Assembly: GCF_009914755.1 (NCBI RefSeq)
Contig: NC_060926.1
Direction: 5' to 3' (one strand)
Origin: the human T2T-CHM13v2.0 reference genome, Homo sapiens
DNA: 64,000 nt
Shown here in pieces: positions 25,881 through 39,600 of the stretch (positions are counted from its first letter, which is position 1; each line of letters starts with the position of its first letter). A model generated the notes under the pieces. It was not told the DNA's origin, did no database searches, and saw only the letters and a list, made by a program, of their open reading frames with translations. The position numbers and the translations under genes were made by a program.

Positions 25881-27007
25881 CTCAGAGTGTGGAATGGAAC
25901 ATGAAGTTTATCTGCTGGAATTGCAAAGAATACGGTCATTCCTGCTTGATTCATTTACAGTGGCCATTTCATGGTCTTTGGGAATTGCATAGAAAGATGT
26001 GAGACACAAAGAAGATCCCAGGGTTTCTTTCCCACAGATGCTGCTTTCCCTCTCAATCCAAGTAGCTGTTCAGTGGGACCTGACCAATAGCTCAGCAAAG
26101 CAAACCTTGGCCATTCACCAGTGACTCACAGGAGCAGAACACAGAGCACCACTTTTCCATTTACCTGATCACAGAAAACAGGGAAATAAGCTCTTGTCAG
26201 TGAATGGAGAGCATCAGTGTCCATTACTCATCTGCTTGAATTTCCCTGCTGTATTGGTGATAGACTCTCTGTCTGAGGGCTTGGAGGGGCCAAGAGCTAA
26301 AACAGACAAAAAGGCAAGCCAGGGAATCTGTGGGCATCACTGAGCCAGAACTGGATGAGCATATTTGGAAGATTCTGAAGAACTCAGCCAAAAAGCCAAA
26401 ATGAGAAAGTACTTGGTTTCATGTCTTGTCTCAAGAGAATGTTGAGCATCCAAGGATGGGGTCATAAACCACCACAGCTGGTTCAGGTGCTTTCATGGGA
26501 GTCCCTCTGCTTGCCACCACTACTTAGGGCTACTGCTTTGCACGTGCCTCACAATCATGCTATATCCTTCTGTATTATGGTTACCTGTTGACCAGTTGAT
26601 TTCCTTATTAGACTCTGATTTACATATGAGGAATATATTTAATGTCAGTCAGACTTGGGTTCAAATTTACATATTAATTTGGGAACTTAGGCAATTTATC
26701 TAAAGTATTTGTGCAACCTCTCTAGGTCTCATTTTCTACATCTAAAAAATTGGAATAATAAGAGTGACCATAAAAATTAAGAATAAAGATTTATATTAAG
26801 TATTCTACAAATTGATGATTATAAATAATAAAAATCATTATAATAAATATTGTTTCAAAATAGGTATTTTAGAAAGGTCCTTTTAGGATGAAACAGAATA
26901 GTTTAAAAATCACTTTTCCTAATTAAATTCACTACTTTTTCATTAGCTGCCTAGATCCTTGTCTAATAAATTTGTTTCCACCTAGCCAACTTCATTATTA
27001 TATGTGA

Positions 27008-27372
<365 letters not shown>

Positions 27373-27952
27373 TATACTTATCCTTTTTTATCTTCAAACT
27401 ATCATTTACCTCTTTTGGTTTTTGTTAAAAAATATGTTCCTTAAGTGTGCCATATCCTCTTCTTCTTGATGGACTTTGCACATGGATTTCTCTAAATTGG
27501 GCAGCCTCCAATTCTCTGCCAACACTCCACCTTGGTAACTTTTGTTCATCCTTCATAACTCAGTGACATTTTCACCTATCCGAGAAAGGTTGCCTGTCCT
27601 TCCAGGCCAGGTCTGCCTGTTGTATGCTCTTGTGGGATCCTTTACTTTTCTTTCACAGACTGTTCAGTTTGCAATTGCTTTATGTCTTACTGACTAAAAT
27701 CAATGTCTAGCTCCTTCCACTCTGTAAGTCCATGAGGGCAGAGGCCATAGATGATTTGCTCAGCACACTGCATGGCACATATGAGGAAGAAGATAGTAAA
27801 TTGTTTGTTGTATAAATGAAAAAAAAAAGAACAGATTGTTCTGAATTGCATTTCTGCAAATTTCTGATCATTGTTCCCATTTTAGCACCATTATTTTCTT
27901 AGTATTGTTTTAGTTGAAAACAGAGAATAAGAAAAAGGTTTGCATGCAAACA

Positions 27953-28447
27953 AAGTTGACCCTTGGACAACAGAGGTGTTTAGGTGCATTGACTCCCTAC
28001 ACAGTCAAAAATCTGTGTATAAAATGTGACTCCCAAAAAACTTAAATATGACTATCCTGCTATTGACTGGAAGCCTTACCAATAACAAACTGTGGATTAA
28101 CACGTATTTTGTATGTGTACTATATACTGTATTCTTACAATAAAGTAAGCTAGAGAAATAAAAATGTTAAGAATATATAAGGAAGAGAAAATATACTTGC
28201 TCTTTATTAAGTGGAAGTGAATCATCCTAAAGTCTTCATCCTCATCATCCTTGAGTTGAGTAGAATGAAGAGAAGGAGGAAGACAAGGGGTTGGTGTTGC
28301 TGTCTCAGGGGTGGTGGTTTATCTGTGAGTTTTTTTTTTTCAGATTGCCATGAATCTCCAAAAAAGTTTCTAATATATTCATTGAAAAGAATCTGCATGT
28401 AAGTGGGCCCTCTGAAGTTCAAATCCAAGTTGTTCAAGGATCAGCTG
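27953..28447 (-). mobile_element. Tigger2a/2b-like DNA transposon
   Basis: Terminal repeats aagttgacccttggacaac / gttgttcaaggatcagctg. Homologous to 3402-3909. Confidence 0.85.
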
Positions 28448-28505
28448 CAGTTATCTGTGATTATGAGCCTCAGGAGCACGTCAGAAGGTTAGAAAGTGTG
28501 AACAG

Positions 28506-28909
28506 TGGTATGGCTTGGATATTTGTCCCCCATATCTCATTTTGAAAGGTAATTCCCAGTGTTGGAGGTGGGGCCTGGTGGGAGGTGTTTGGGTCTTGGG
28601 GTAATCCCTCATGGCTTGGTGCTGTCCTCATGATAGTTAGTGAGTTCTCACAAGATCTGGTTGTTTAAAAGTGTGTGGCATCTCCCCAGCACTCTCTCTT
28701 GCTCCTGCTTTCACCAGGTGACATGTCTGCTTCTGCTTCACCTTGCACCATGAGTAATAGCTCGCTGAGGCTTCCTAGGAAGCTGAGCAGATTCTAGTGC
28801 CATGCTTCCTGTACAGCCTGCAGAACCTTGAGCCAATTGAACCTTTTTTCTTTATAAATTACCCAGTCTTGGGTATTTCTTTAGTGCAACACAAGAACAG
28901 CCTAACACA
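28506..28909 (+). mobile_element. MST-type MaLR LTR (MSTA/MSTB), followed by 13 nt of internal start (gaaaattggtacc)
   Basis: tggtatggcttggatatttgtcccc...ggaggtggggcctggtgggagg...ataaattacccagtc...cctaacaca. Confidence 0.88.
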
Positions 28910-28922
28910 GAAAATTGGTACC

Positions 28923-30660
28923 TGGACTGAGGCCCAGGACAGAAGGCTCTACAACAGTTGCAGGCTACTGTATGTGCAAGCTGCTCTGCCACTTGAGTCA
29001 TATGACTCAGCAGAGCCAATGGTGCTTGAAATGTCAGTGGCAGATAGGGTTATTGTTTGGAGCCTTTGGCTGGCCCACACAGATGAATCACAGTGGAGAC
29101 CTTTACGATTTTGGAGAAAGGCCCTACCATCTTCTACTTATAACCACTCTCCTATTGGTAGACATCTTTTGGCCTGTTACTGGGCCTTGGTAGAAACTGA
29201 ATGTTGGACTATGAGTCACCAAGTTACCATGAGACCTGAACTGCCTATCATGAACTGGGTGCTTTCTGACTCATATAGCCATAAAGTTGGACATCCACAG
29301 CAGCACTCCATCATCAAATGGAAGTGGTATATACGTGATTGGGCTTGAGCATGTCCTGAAGGTATGAGTAAGTTACATGAGGAGGTGGCCCAAATGCCCA
29401 CGGCCCCCACTCCTGCTATGCTGATTTCTCTCTCCCAGGCTGTACTTATCACCTCACTGGGACCTCCCTATGACAGAGGAAGAAAAGACTAGGGCTTGGT
29501 TTACAGATTGTTCTGCACGTTATGTAGGCGCTACCAGAAAGTAGACAGCTGCAGCATTATAGCCCCTTTCTGGGACATCCTTGAAGGACACTGGTGAAGG
29601 AAAATCTTGCCAGTGGCCAGAATTTCAAGAAGTGCGCCTGGTTGTGCATTTTTCTTGGAAGGAAAAATGGCCAGACATGCAATTATGTACTGATTCACAC
29701 ACTGTAGCCAATGTTTGATCAGGGATTTGGAAGGAGCATGGGTGGAAACTTGCTGACAAAGAAATTTGGGGAAGAGTTATGTAGATGCACCTCTCCGAGT
29801 GGTCAAAAAATGTGAAGATATTTGTGTCCCACGTGAATGTTCACTAAAGAGTGACCTCAGCAGAGGAGAATTTTAATAATTAAGTGTATAGGATGACCTG
29901 TTCTGTGGACACCATTCAGCCTCCTTCCCCAGCCACCCTGTCATCACCCAATGAGCTTATGAACAAAGTAGACATGGTGGCAGGGATGGAGGTTATGCAT
30001 GGGCTCGGCAACATGGACTTCCATTCAGCAAAGCTGACCTGATTATGACTACGGTTGAGTGTCCAATCTGCCAGCAGCAGAGACCAACACTGAGTTCTCA
30101 ATGTGAACCATTTCTGGATTAATCAGCCAGCTACATAGTGTCTGCTTGATTACATTGGACCACTTTCATCACGGAAGGGACAGTGGTTTGGCCTTACCGG
30201 AATAGACACTTACTTACTCCAGATTTGGATTTGCCTTTCCTAGCATGCAATGTTTCTACCAAGCATGCAATGTTTCTACCAAGACTACCATCTATGGACT
30301 CAAAAAAATGCCTTATCTTCCACCATGGTATTCCACATAGCATTACTTCTGACCAAGAAACTCACTTCAGAGCCAAAAAATTACAGCAATGGGCTCATGC
30401 TCATGGTATTTTCACTGGTCTAACTATGTTCCCCATCATTATGAAGCAGCTGGCTTTACAGACAAGTGAAATGGCCTTTTGAAGTTACAGTTACAAAGCC
30501 AACTAGTTTATAATATTTTGTAGGCTGGGGCAAAGTTCTCCAGAAGGCTCCATATGCTATGAATCAGCAGCCAATATATGGTACTGTTTCTCCCATAGCC
30601 AAATTCATGAGTCCAAGAATCAAGGGGTGGAAGTAGAAGTGGCACCACTCATCATCTTTA
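28923..30660 (+). mobile_element. pol: HERVL/ERVL internal pol fragment (RT connection, RNase H, integrase), disrupted
   Basis: ORF 28797..29348 contains VQAALPL...LLACYWALVETE...HQVTMRPELPIMNWVLSD...QQHSIIKWKWYIRD. Also WFTDCSA (29497), DYIGPL (~30148) and HGIPHSITSDQETHF. Confidence 0.92.
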
Positions 30661-30664
30661 CTTC

Positions 30665-32955
30665 TAAAGTAAAGAAAATACAAGTGTCTACCTAGACACA
30701 TATCCAGTAAAAGATCTTTCAAAAATGAAGATAAAATTAAGACTTTTAAAGACATTTAAGTCTGAAAAAATTTATCACCAGCAGACTGACATTACCAGAA
30801 ATGTCAAAAGAAACTCTTCAGGAGGAAGAGAATGATACAAGGTACAATTGTGAATGTATACCAAGATATGAAGAATGCTGAAAATGGTAATTAAACCCTC
30901 TTTCTTATTATTTAAAGATAGTTTAAATATAATTCGATTTTAATGCAAAAGAGTAACAGTGTAGTATGAAATGAATGAATATATACTGTTGCAAGGTTCT
31001 TACAGAATACATGGAATGGTATAATAATACTCGAAGGTAAACTATTGTAAGTTACGTATTTATATTATAAATCCTAAAGCCACCATAAAATAACAAAACA
31101 CACAGATAAGAAATAAGCCCACAAAGGAGATTTAAAAAGTAAAACACACTCAGTTGAGGAAAATAAGGCAGAGAGATGAACAAGAGAACAAAAAACAGAG
31201 AGGGCTAATATAAAACAAATAACTGGCACATTTCAACCTAACCATATTAATAATCAGATTAGACATAAATGGTCTAAACACACTTTAAAATGCAGAGATT
31301 ACCAAAGAGGATAAAATAGCCAATTAAAATCCCAACATTCTTTTTTGTAAAAAAATGGCATACTGATTCTAAAATACATATTGATAGGCAAAAGATCTAA
31401 ACTATGTAAATCAGCTTTGGAAAAGAACAGAGTTAGAGGACCAACAGTACCTGATTTCAAAATTTCTCAAAGTTGTTTAGGTATTCTAAGTCTTTAGTAT
31501 ATCCATATGAACATTAGAATTACAATCCATAGGTTCATCATATACAAAAATTAACTCAAAATGGATCATAAACCTTAATGTAAAATCTAAAACTATATAT
31601 AACTGTCAAAAATCTAAAACTATAAAATCTAAAACTGTTAGACTTATGCAGGTAACCTTTATGACCTCATGTTAGGCAAAAATTTACTAGATAAAATACC
31701 AAAAGCGCAGTTCACAAAAGAGAAAATTCATAGACTGGACTTCATCAAAATTGAAAACTTCTGATCTTAAAAAGAACAGGAAGGGGAACATCACACTCTG
31801 GGGACTATTGTGGGGTGGGGGGAGGGGGGAGGGATAGCATTAGGAGATATACCTAATGCTAAATGACGAGTTAATGGGTGCAGCACACCAGCATGGCAAA
31901 TGTATACATATGTAACTAACCTGCACATTGTGCACATGTACCCTAAAACTTAAAGTATAATAATAATAATAGTAAAAGAAAAACAAAGAAGAAAGTTTTT
32001 AAAAAAACTGAGAGAAAATATTTGCAAGTCATGTATCTCATAAAGACTATGTATCTAGAACATATTTTAAATGTTCTCAAGAATCAATAATACAAACACA
32101 ATATTTTAAAATTGGGCAAAAGATTTAAACAAACACTTCATCAAACAAGTTGCACTGTTGACTAGTAGGCACACTGATAGAAAAAGATGCTAACATCATT
32201 AGTCATTAGAGAAGTGCATATTAAAACTATGAGATGTCACTACATTTCTTCTAAAATGGCTAAAATTAAAGACTGACTATACCCAGTGTTAAGAAGAATG
32301 TAACTCTCACATACATGCAAAATGGTGTGAGTGCTTTGGAAATCAATTTGGGCTTTTCTTAAAAGTTAAATATCCACTTACTATATGATCCACACATTCT
32401 ACTCTAAGATACAAAGATCTGTAAACGAATGTCCACAGCAGCTTTATTTTAATAGAAAAAAAAATAGAAATCAACTCCAATGTCCCTCAACAAGTAAATA
32501 CATACACATATTTTGATATATTCATACCATGAAATACTATTCAAAAACTAAAAAGGAACAAGTTATCAATTAATGCAACATCATGGATGGATCTTAAAAT
32601 AATTATTGTCAATTAAGAAGACATATCCTCCCTCCCCACCAAAAAAAAGGGAAAGAGTGTGGACTATATGATTCTGCTTATATAAAAGCCTAGAAAATGC
32701 AAACCAGTGTATAGTGATAGAAAGAAGACCATGGTTACCTGTTGCTTATGCTCACTTGGGTTTGTGAAAGGGAGAAATAACAAAGGGGCATGAGGAAGCT
32801 TTGCAGTGTGATATATGTGTTTATTATTTTGATATTTGTGTTTATTATTATAATGGTTTAATGGGTATATATATAATTCAAAATTAACCAAATTTTGTAC
32901 TTTAATAATGAAGGCTTTATTCCATGTCGGTTATACCTCAATAAAACTGTTAATA
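30665..32955 (+). mobile_element. Fragmented old L1M (L1MC/MD-like): ORF1 end, deleted ORF2 pieces, 3' UTR
   Basis: 'atctttcaaaaatgaagataaaattaagac' (ORF1); 'catatacaaaaattaactcaaaatggatc' (ORF2); 'ttatacctcaataaa' (3' end). Confidence 0.8.
31776..31985 (+). mobile_element. Young L1PA (L1PA2-4-like) 5'-truncated 3' end inserted in L1M
   Basis: Near-consensus 'ggggaacatcacactctgggg...ggagatatacctaatgctaaatgacgagttaatgggtgcagcacacc...ccctaaaacttaaagtataataa'. Confidence 0.93.
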
Positions 32956-35183
32956 AAAGTAGTGGTTGTAACCTATATCTATTATTGCTACTCTCTCCTG
33001 CCTTGTGCTGATTGAGACTTGTTTTGGGTTAGACTCTTTTCTTGTGATTAATGCACTCCATAGGATAATTGAGGCCCTCATCGATATCTGTTTTTTTCTC
33101 ATTCAGACTGTTTCTCATTCACCAGACATACTCATAAAAGTTTGGATCCCAAGAATGATTTTTGTTCAACATTTCCTACCATCTCTTTACGCATTTCCTC
33201 CAAGAAATTCATGCTCTTATAAGTTGATGGCTGCAATTACTTACTGTTTTTTTACCAAACTCAGCATCTATAGCTCAGCCCTGACCAAAGATAGATTTAA
33301 CACAATGCCATTACTTAAGGTACTAAATGTACTAAATCATTTCTATCATTCATATGTATATATATAATTATCTTCTATAATAGTGGTAGTTGCAAGACAT
33401 GTAACCAACCATCCACTCAATGCAGTCACACAGTTTAACTTTGTAGTGTGTAAATTAATACCTGTATGGGTTCAGTGACTCATCACGCTTGAAGTTCATA
33501 AGGCCATGAAGATAGATTTGAGTCTATAAACAGAACTCAATAAACGCATATGGAAAAATGAAAGGGAACTAAACTGAAACTGAGTATTCCAGGACTTTAA
33601 TTTTACTCTTTGATAGACATGTACACAAATGCAATTGACTTCATATGTGTATTCATGCATGCATGCCCATATTCATTCACTCAGCAAATACTTATCGAAC
33701 ACCTTCCCTGGACCAGGTGTGGTGTTAGGCTCTGGAGAAAATGTTAAAACATTCATATCCTTATTCAGAATATTTTAGAATAAGGTAAGGGATACGGGCA
33801 TTAATCAGATAATCATACTACAGATTCTAAAATTATATGTGGAACAGTGCTACAAATGAAGTGTATTCTTTGTTATGAGTGTCTAAAACAGAGGTATTTG
33901 TCCTAGTTAGAGTTGTCAGGGAAGGATTTCCTGAGTAAGGAAAGGTTGACCTGAGACGAAGTTATCCAGGCCACAAGAGGATGCAAAAGATTTTTAGGCA
34001 GAGGAAACAGATGGAACTGGACAAATGGTCAATGCATTGAGTGTACAGTGAAATACACCCTTTCCAGGCAGACCTAATCCTCTGCACTTATTGTTTGACC
34101 ATCTAGAAGCAAAGTCATTGATAAGATACTCTGTGGCCCTAAAGGAAAAATGAGCATCTAGATCCCTGTATAACTTCATAGAGCAAATCCCACTACCCAT
34201 CCTCCAACTACATCAGTCTTTGTAATAAGCCATATAAATTTGTATTTTATCAGGCACTGCTTTTTGTGGTTGGTTGCTACAGGAGCCAGCATTAAATACT
34301 TAGGTTAATTTATAGGAATAGATTAGTTTATCTCTATACCCTTTTCCAACTGGAAAATGCTACGATTCAAATTTAGCATTTGAATATAAATATGGTCAAG
34401 TTCTTTCGTAGTTTGTATTTTGTTGAGTTTCTCAAACAAAACTGTATATACTTCATGGGTAAGCATTGCATTTCATTCATTTTCTTAAATCTACATAATA
34501 AACAACTGAGTAAATAACAGGTAGTCAATAAATGTTTGTTAAGCTATCAATCAACTGATCTTTCTTTGTCGTAGAGAAGTATTATTTCTTCAGTGCACTA
34601 TACTAATTTTCACTTGTAATTTTCAGTATTTGCTGGAAAAAACACATTTGTATCTTCTAAGGAAACGCTTCCTGTGCTTAGAGTCTTGGAGTAAATTTTT
34701 CTTATTTTTCTGAGGTTTGTAATGACAACATCTGCAATTAAGATTATGTCCATAAAATGCTGAATGATTAATAACTTTAATAACATTAAACTGCTTTTAG
34801 TAGATTGCTAATAGCATTGGGATCAAAATATAAACCACAGCTAGTCATAATCACTTATGTTGAAAACATGTGGCTTTATGTTGCATATCTTCCAAATCAA
34901 GTATAAAATTTCTTTCAGCCAAAAGTGCTTAGAAAAAAATAAATACAGCTATAAATCCAAAATGTAATTACCATGTTTGAGATTATAGCAAATATCTGAA
35001 GGCATGTGATCAATTTGGCTTAATTATGTAACACAAAATCTAGCTACTAATTTTTTAAAAAATATGCGTCTTTCTTTCCAGAAACCAAAGGGATTTTTAT
35101 GTCTAATAAAAGAAGTAAATGTATCAATTAACTGATTTTTTTGGTAATGTTGTCATTTTCATTGAGAAATAGAACAAATTCAG

Positions 35184-35450
35184 TTTTTTTTAACTGTGGT
35201 AAAATACATATAAACATAAAATTTACTATCTTAGCCATTTTTAAGTGTACAGTTCAGTAGTATTAAGTACATTCACAACGTTGTGCAATGAATCTTGAGA
35301 ATTATTTTCAACTAACAAAACTAAAATTCTAATCTCATTAAACAACTTTCCATTCTCCTATCCCCCTACCACCTGGCAGATACCATTCTACTTTTTGGCT
35401 CTATGAATTTGACTATTGTAGAGACTACATAAAAATGAAAACATAGAGTG
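35184..35450 (-). mobile_element. L1MB 3' end
   Basis: Antisense 'tgtggtaaaatacata...catttttaagtgtacagttcagtagtattaagtacattcac'. Confidence 0.8.
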
Positions 35451-36429
35451 ATTTTCTCAAAACAAATAGATTTTTTGAGAGATTGTTATTCTGACTACCT
35501 TTGGCAGTGATTTGGTTTGGTTGACAGTATCGATGCTAATCACTTTCTAGCTTGCCTTGTCTACCTGAAAAATTTTTCAGGTAAAAATCACCAGTGTTGC
35601 CACCAAAAATTGTATTTCCATGCTTCCCTTTTAGACAAGGCATTGTTGAGTGTTCTTCAAAAGGGACTGACTCAGCATGTGCCTTTTAATCTATTCTCTT
35701 CCTCACTTTTTTGATTCAAATACAGACATGATACCTGCGGGTAGAATAGGCCTCTTTTTACTAGAAAATGATAAGCATACACCAAGTGGCTGAGCAGAAA
35801 CTGCCTGATGCCTGATAGCATCATGAAATCACCATACCTGTTCCTACCTACCTCTGGATTTTTTTTATTATGTGAGAAAAATAAGACATCTCAGACAGAA
35901 CATAATTTGTCACTGACTTACCACTTTCTTCAGATAGAGCCACATGAAATGGATTCTTAAAATAGCATACCCAGTGGTGAAAACCATGACCTCATACATT
36001 TCGGACATATAAATATAAATATATATATATAAAATATTAGTATTATAATAGATACTATATATACACACATAATCTTGTCATTCATGGGTTGTTGAATATA
36101 TAGCTGTATGCATGTTTCTTAGGTTAGAAATTTTAGTTGTAAATGAAGTGAAAACAGGAAGAATTAAGACTCAAGTAAAATCATCTTGCTTGAATAACCA
36201 CATTTCAGTGATACTTTTTTCTTTGTCGTAGAATAAAATATAGAAGAGAATATTGTATACTGGATCTTCTTTCAATGAAAGCAAAAGAAATTGTAATAGA
36301 ATGTTAGGAAACCTTGTCAGGAGGTATATAGATCTATACGACTATTTTCTTCTTGCTAAAAGGAAACACCAAAGGTCCAATGTCTTTGTGCAATTCCTCA
36401 ACGCCTGCCTCTTTCTAAATTCAAATAAA

Positions 36430-37470
36430 ATCAATATTTGTTTGGAATCATTGGTATCTGTGCAAAGTATAATGCTAGGTATAGTAGTAAAAAAATTCTT
36501 TAGCTGAGCTTCAGTCTTTGCTACCACATTGCTTTCCTACCACAATCTAAATTCAATATACGAGATAGACAAAATAGTATTATTTGGTGAGGCATTTGAA
36601 CATAGATTTTATATATTATCATTTAAAAAGTATACCTAATCTAACATGTGGCTTGCATTTAGTAGATTGTCTAAAGTATTTATAAATAGAAAAATAAGGT
36701 AGAAATAAATTGTTCTAGGAAGCACAGTAGGGGGCAATTAATTTTGCCTGAAGGATCTAAGATTATGGGTACTCGAACTGAGTTTAGATGAGTATGACCT
36801 TGACAATTGAATATCTTATCACTGGGAGATGGCTTTGGAAAATTTTTGAAGGGCATTTAAAGAATGAAAAATGATAAAGGTGGTAAAAATAAACTGTATA
36901 TTTCAGGAATGCCACATAGTCCACTGGGACTGGGTATGGATCAGTATATATAAGGAGATGCGGACTTAATGATAGGTACAAGTTATTTGATATTGGATTG
37001 TTTCTTCTGCCAGACTTTAGATATATTCTCTAAGCAGTGGGAAAACATTAATTTTTTTTTCAAGTGGAAGAGTGACCTAATCCTGCTTCTGTTTAGAAAC
37101 ATAACCTTGGGCAGTATGAGGATGCATGGGGACAGCTGGGAGACTACAAATGCTTAGAAAAGAGATGCTGAGGGCTTCTTTTAAGGACCTGTAGTTAAGA
37201 ATGTGAAGAAAAGGTGACTATATCAAACAAGAAGCCTAGAGATTCTAAGACAACGGCAAACCATTGGATGGATGGTAAGAATGGAAGGATTCATTTAAAG
37301 ATGAAAATAAATCATTTAGCTTTGGTTACTAGAAAGATGAGAAAATGAGACATAATAAACCTAAAAAATACAAAAGGAGGCAAAAATGTGGAAGGGAAAA
37401 TACTGGATTCAGTTTTAGCCATGTACCATCAGAGGTGCCAGCAGGACACTGTATATAAATGCTCGGTAGA
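36430..37470 (-). mobile_element. Degraded L2 fragments
   Basis: Antisense L2-like 'ctgcttctgtttagaaacataaccttgggcagt...gctgggagacta' and 'attcagttttagccatg'. Confidence 0.5.
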
Positions 37471-38039
37471 AAAGCTTGTTCTATATTGCTTGTTTTTAGG
37501 AGTTCCAAACAGGATGATATTATTAATAATGCCTGGATTTTTAGAAGACTTAATTTCTAATAATAACTATAATTATAATAACATTGTCAAAATACCTTGC
37601 ATTTACATAATTTATAAAATTTTAAATATCTTTTTACATATTTCTGTTTAATTCTCACAATAATTCTGTAAGAGCTTTGAGTCAAACATTATTATCCCAG
37701 TATTTTAGAACAGTCAGCAAAGAGTGAGAGAAATAACATTATTTATAAAAGGACAGATAGCTAAGTATATGGTGAAGCTGCACCAAAACATAAGTCTTTT
37801 GAATCCTAATTTAGGTATGTTTTCACTTTACTATGTGACCTTGTGAACAAAAAGACAAGCAGGAAATTTTCAAACTCTTTTTGGTAATAGCAATAGTGTA
37901 TCATAGAATACACAGAGTAATTTTTTGGAAAGGTTGTTATGTGTATGTAAATATAAAATAAAGGGACAGTCTATATGTCTATAGGTGCATGTATGAGTAT
38001 ATATGCACATACACATAGAGATACATGTGTATTTCTTCA

Positions 38040-38698
<659 letters not shown>

Positions 38699-38993
38699 TT
38701 ACTAGTGAAACCAGCCCTGATACCAAAATATATAGGAAACATTGTTATAAACTATCAGATGCTTTACATGTAGCCATTGCTTTTAACCCTCAGGACAACT
38801 CTGTAAGGGATGAGACGTTATAGCTTGAGCCACAGAAAATACACGTTAACTGTGTTCAGACCCGGGCACTACCACTTACTAGGTGTGAATTCTAAGCAAG
38901 TTATTTAACTCCTTTGTACCTCGGTTTTATCATCCCTGCAACGATGATTAGGTATAAGTAGCTGAGCTACCTCCAGTGAATCTAAGAACTATG

Positions 38994-39240
38994 CCATGGT
39001 GTACCAAAGGCAGAATGGTTGAAATAGTTCACCCCAGGTACAGGCAGTAAAGGGGTTACACGAAAATTTACTAAAAGTCAGTTTGCTCTTTTTTTATCTT
39101 CATGTACCAGCAATTCTAATCAATGTCAGTGATAAAATACTCATTCTGCAAAGCCTGTTGTGTCGGACCAAGTTCTATTGCCTGCACCTAGGGTGTACAT
39201 CTTCAATTGTCCCACCCATGCAGTCAACTATGCCCCTCTT
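38994..39240 (+). mobile_element. MER97-like hAT-Tip100 fragment
   Basis: 'gtaccaaaggc...caccccaggtacaggcagtaaagggg...ctaaaagtcagtttgct...ccagcaattcta...atgtcagtgataaaatactc'. Confidence 0.55.
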
Positions 39241-39249
39241 AGATGTGCT

Positions 39250-39449
39250 GAAGTGGCCTCCCACTTCCAGAGCTCCCTATGGATCAGCGGCCAAGGCCTC
39301 TGTTTCAGAGGCTTCCCAGTTCAACCTCTCCTTCTATTCTATGCAATTTGCTCACTGTCTTACAGAAGTTGTTCCTGGGAGCACAATCCAAAAATCCTCA
39401 TGCATATTAAACATGAGAATCTGTTTCCTAGGAAATTTGCCATAAGACA
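39250..39449 (+). mobile_element. Ancient ERVL-class LTR 3' fragment (LTR16/33-like)
   Basis: Ends 'gagcac...ctcatgcat...gagaatctgtttcctaggaaatttgccataagaca'. Confidence 0.5.
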
Positions 39450-39550
39450 AGTAACTACTTCATGATCACACAGCAGAGAGTTTCAGCACCCCAAATCAAA
39501 TGCTGCCAAGACTGCAGTACACTTGTAACTGCATTAACTACTATCTTATT

Positions 39551-39551
<1 letters not shown>

Positions 39552-39593
<42 letters not shown>

Positions 39594-39600
39594 TACACAC
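39552..39600. repeat. (TA)n(CA)n compound microsatellite
   Basis: Directly visible dinucleotide runs. Confidence 0.95.

Noticed and set aside
28797-29348. 183-aa ORF as a domesticated ERVL gene
   Set aside because: It begins at a non-ATG codon in the MST LTR, covers only a pol fragment, and is followed by stops and frameshifts.
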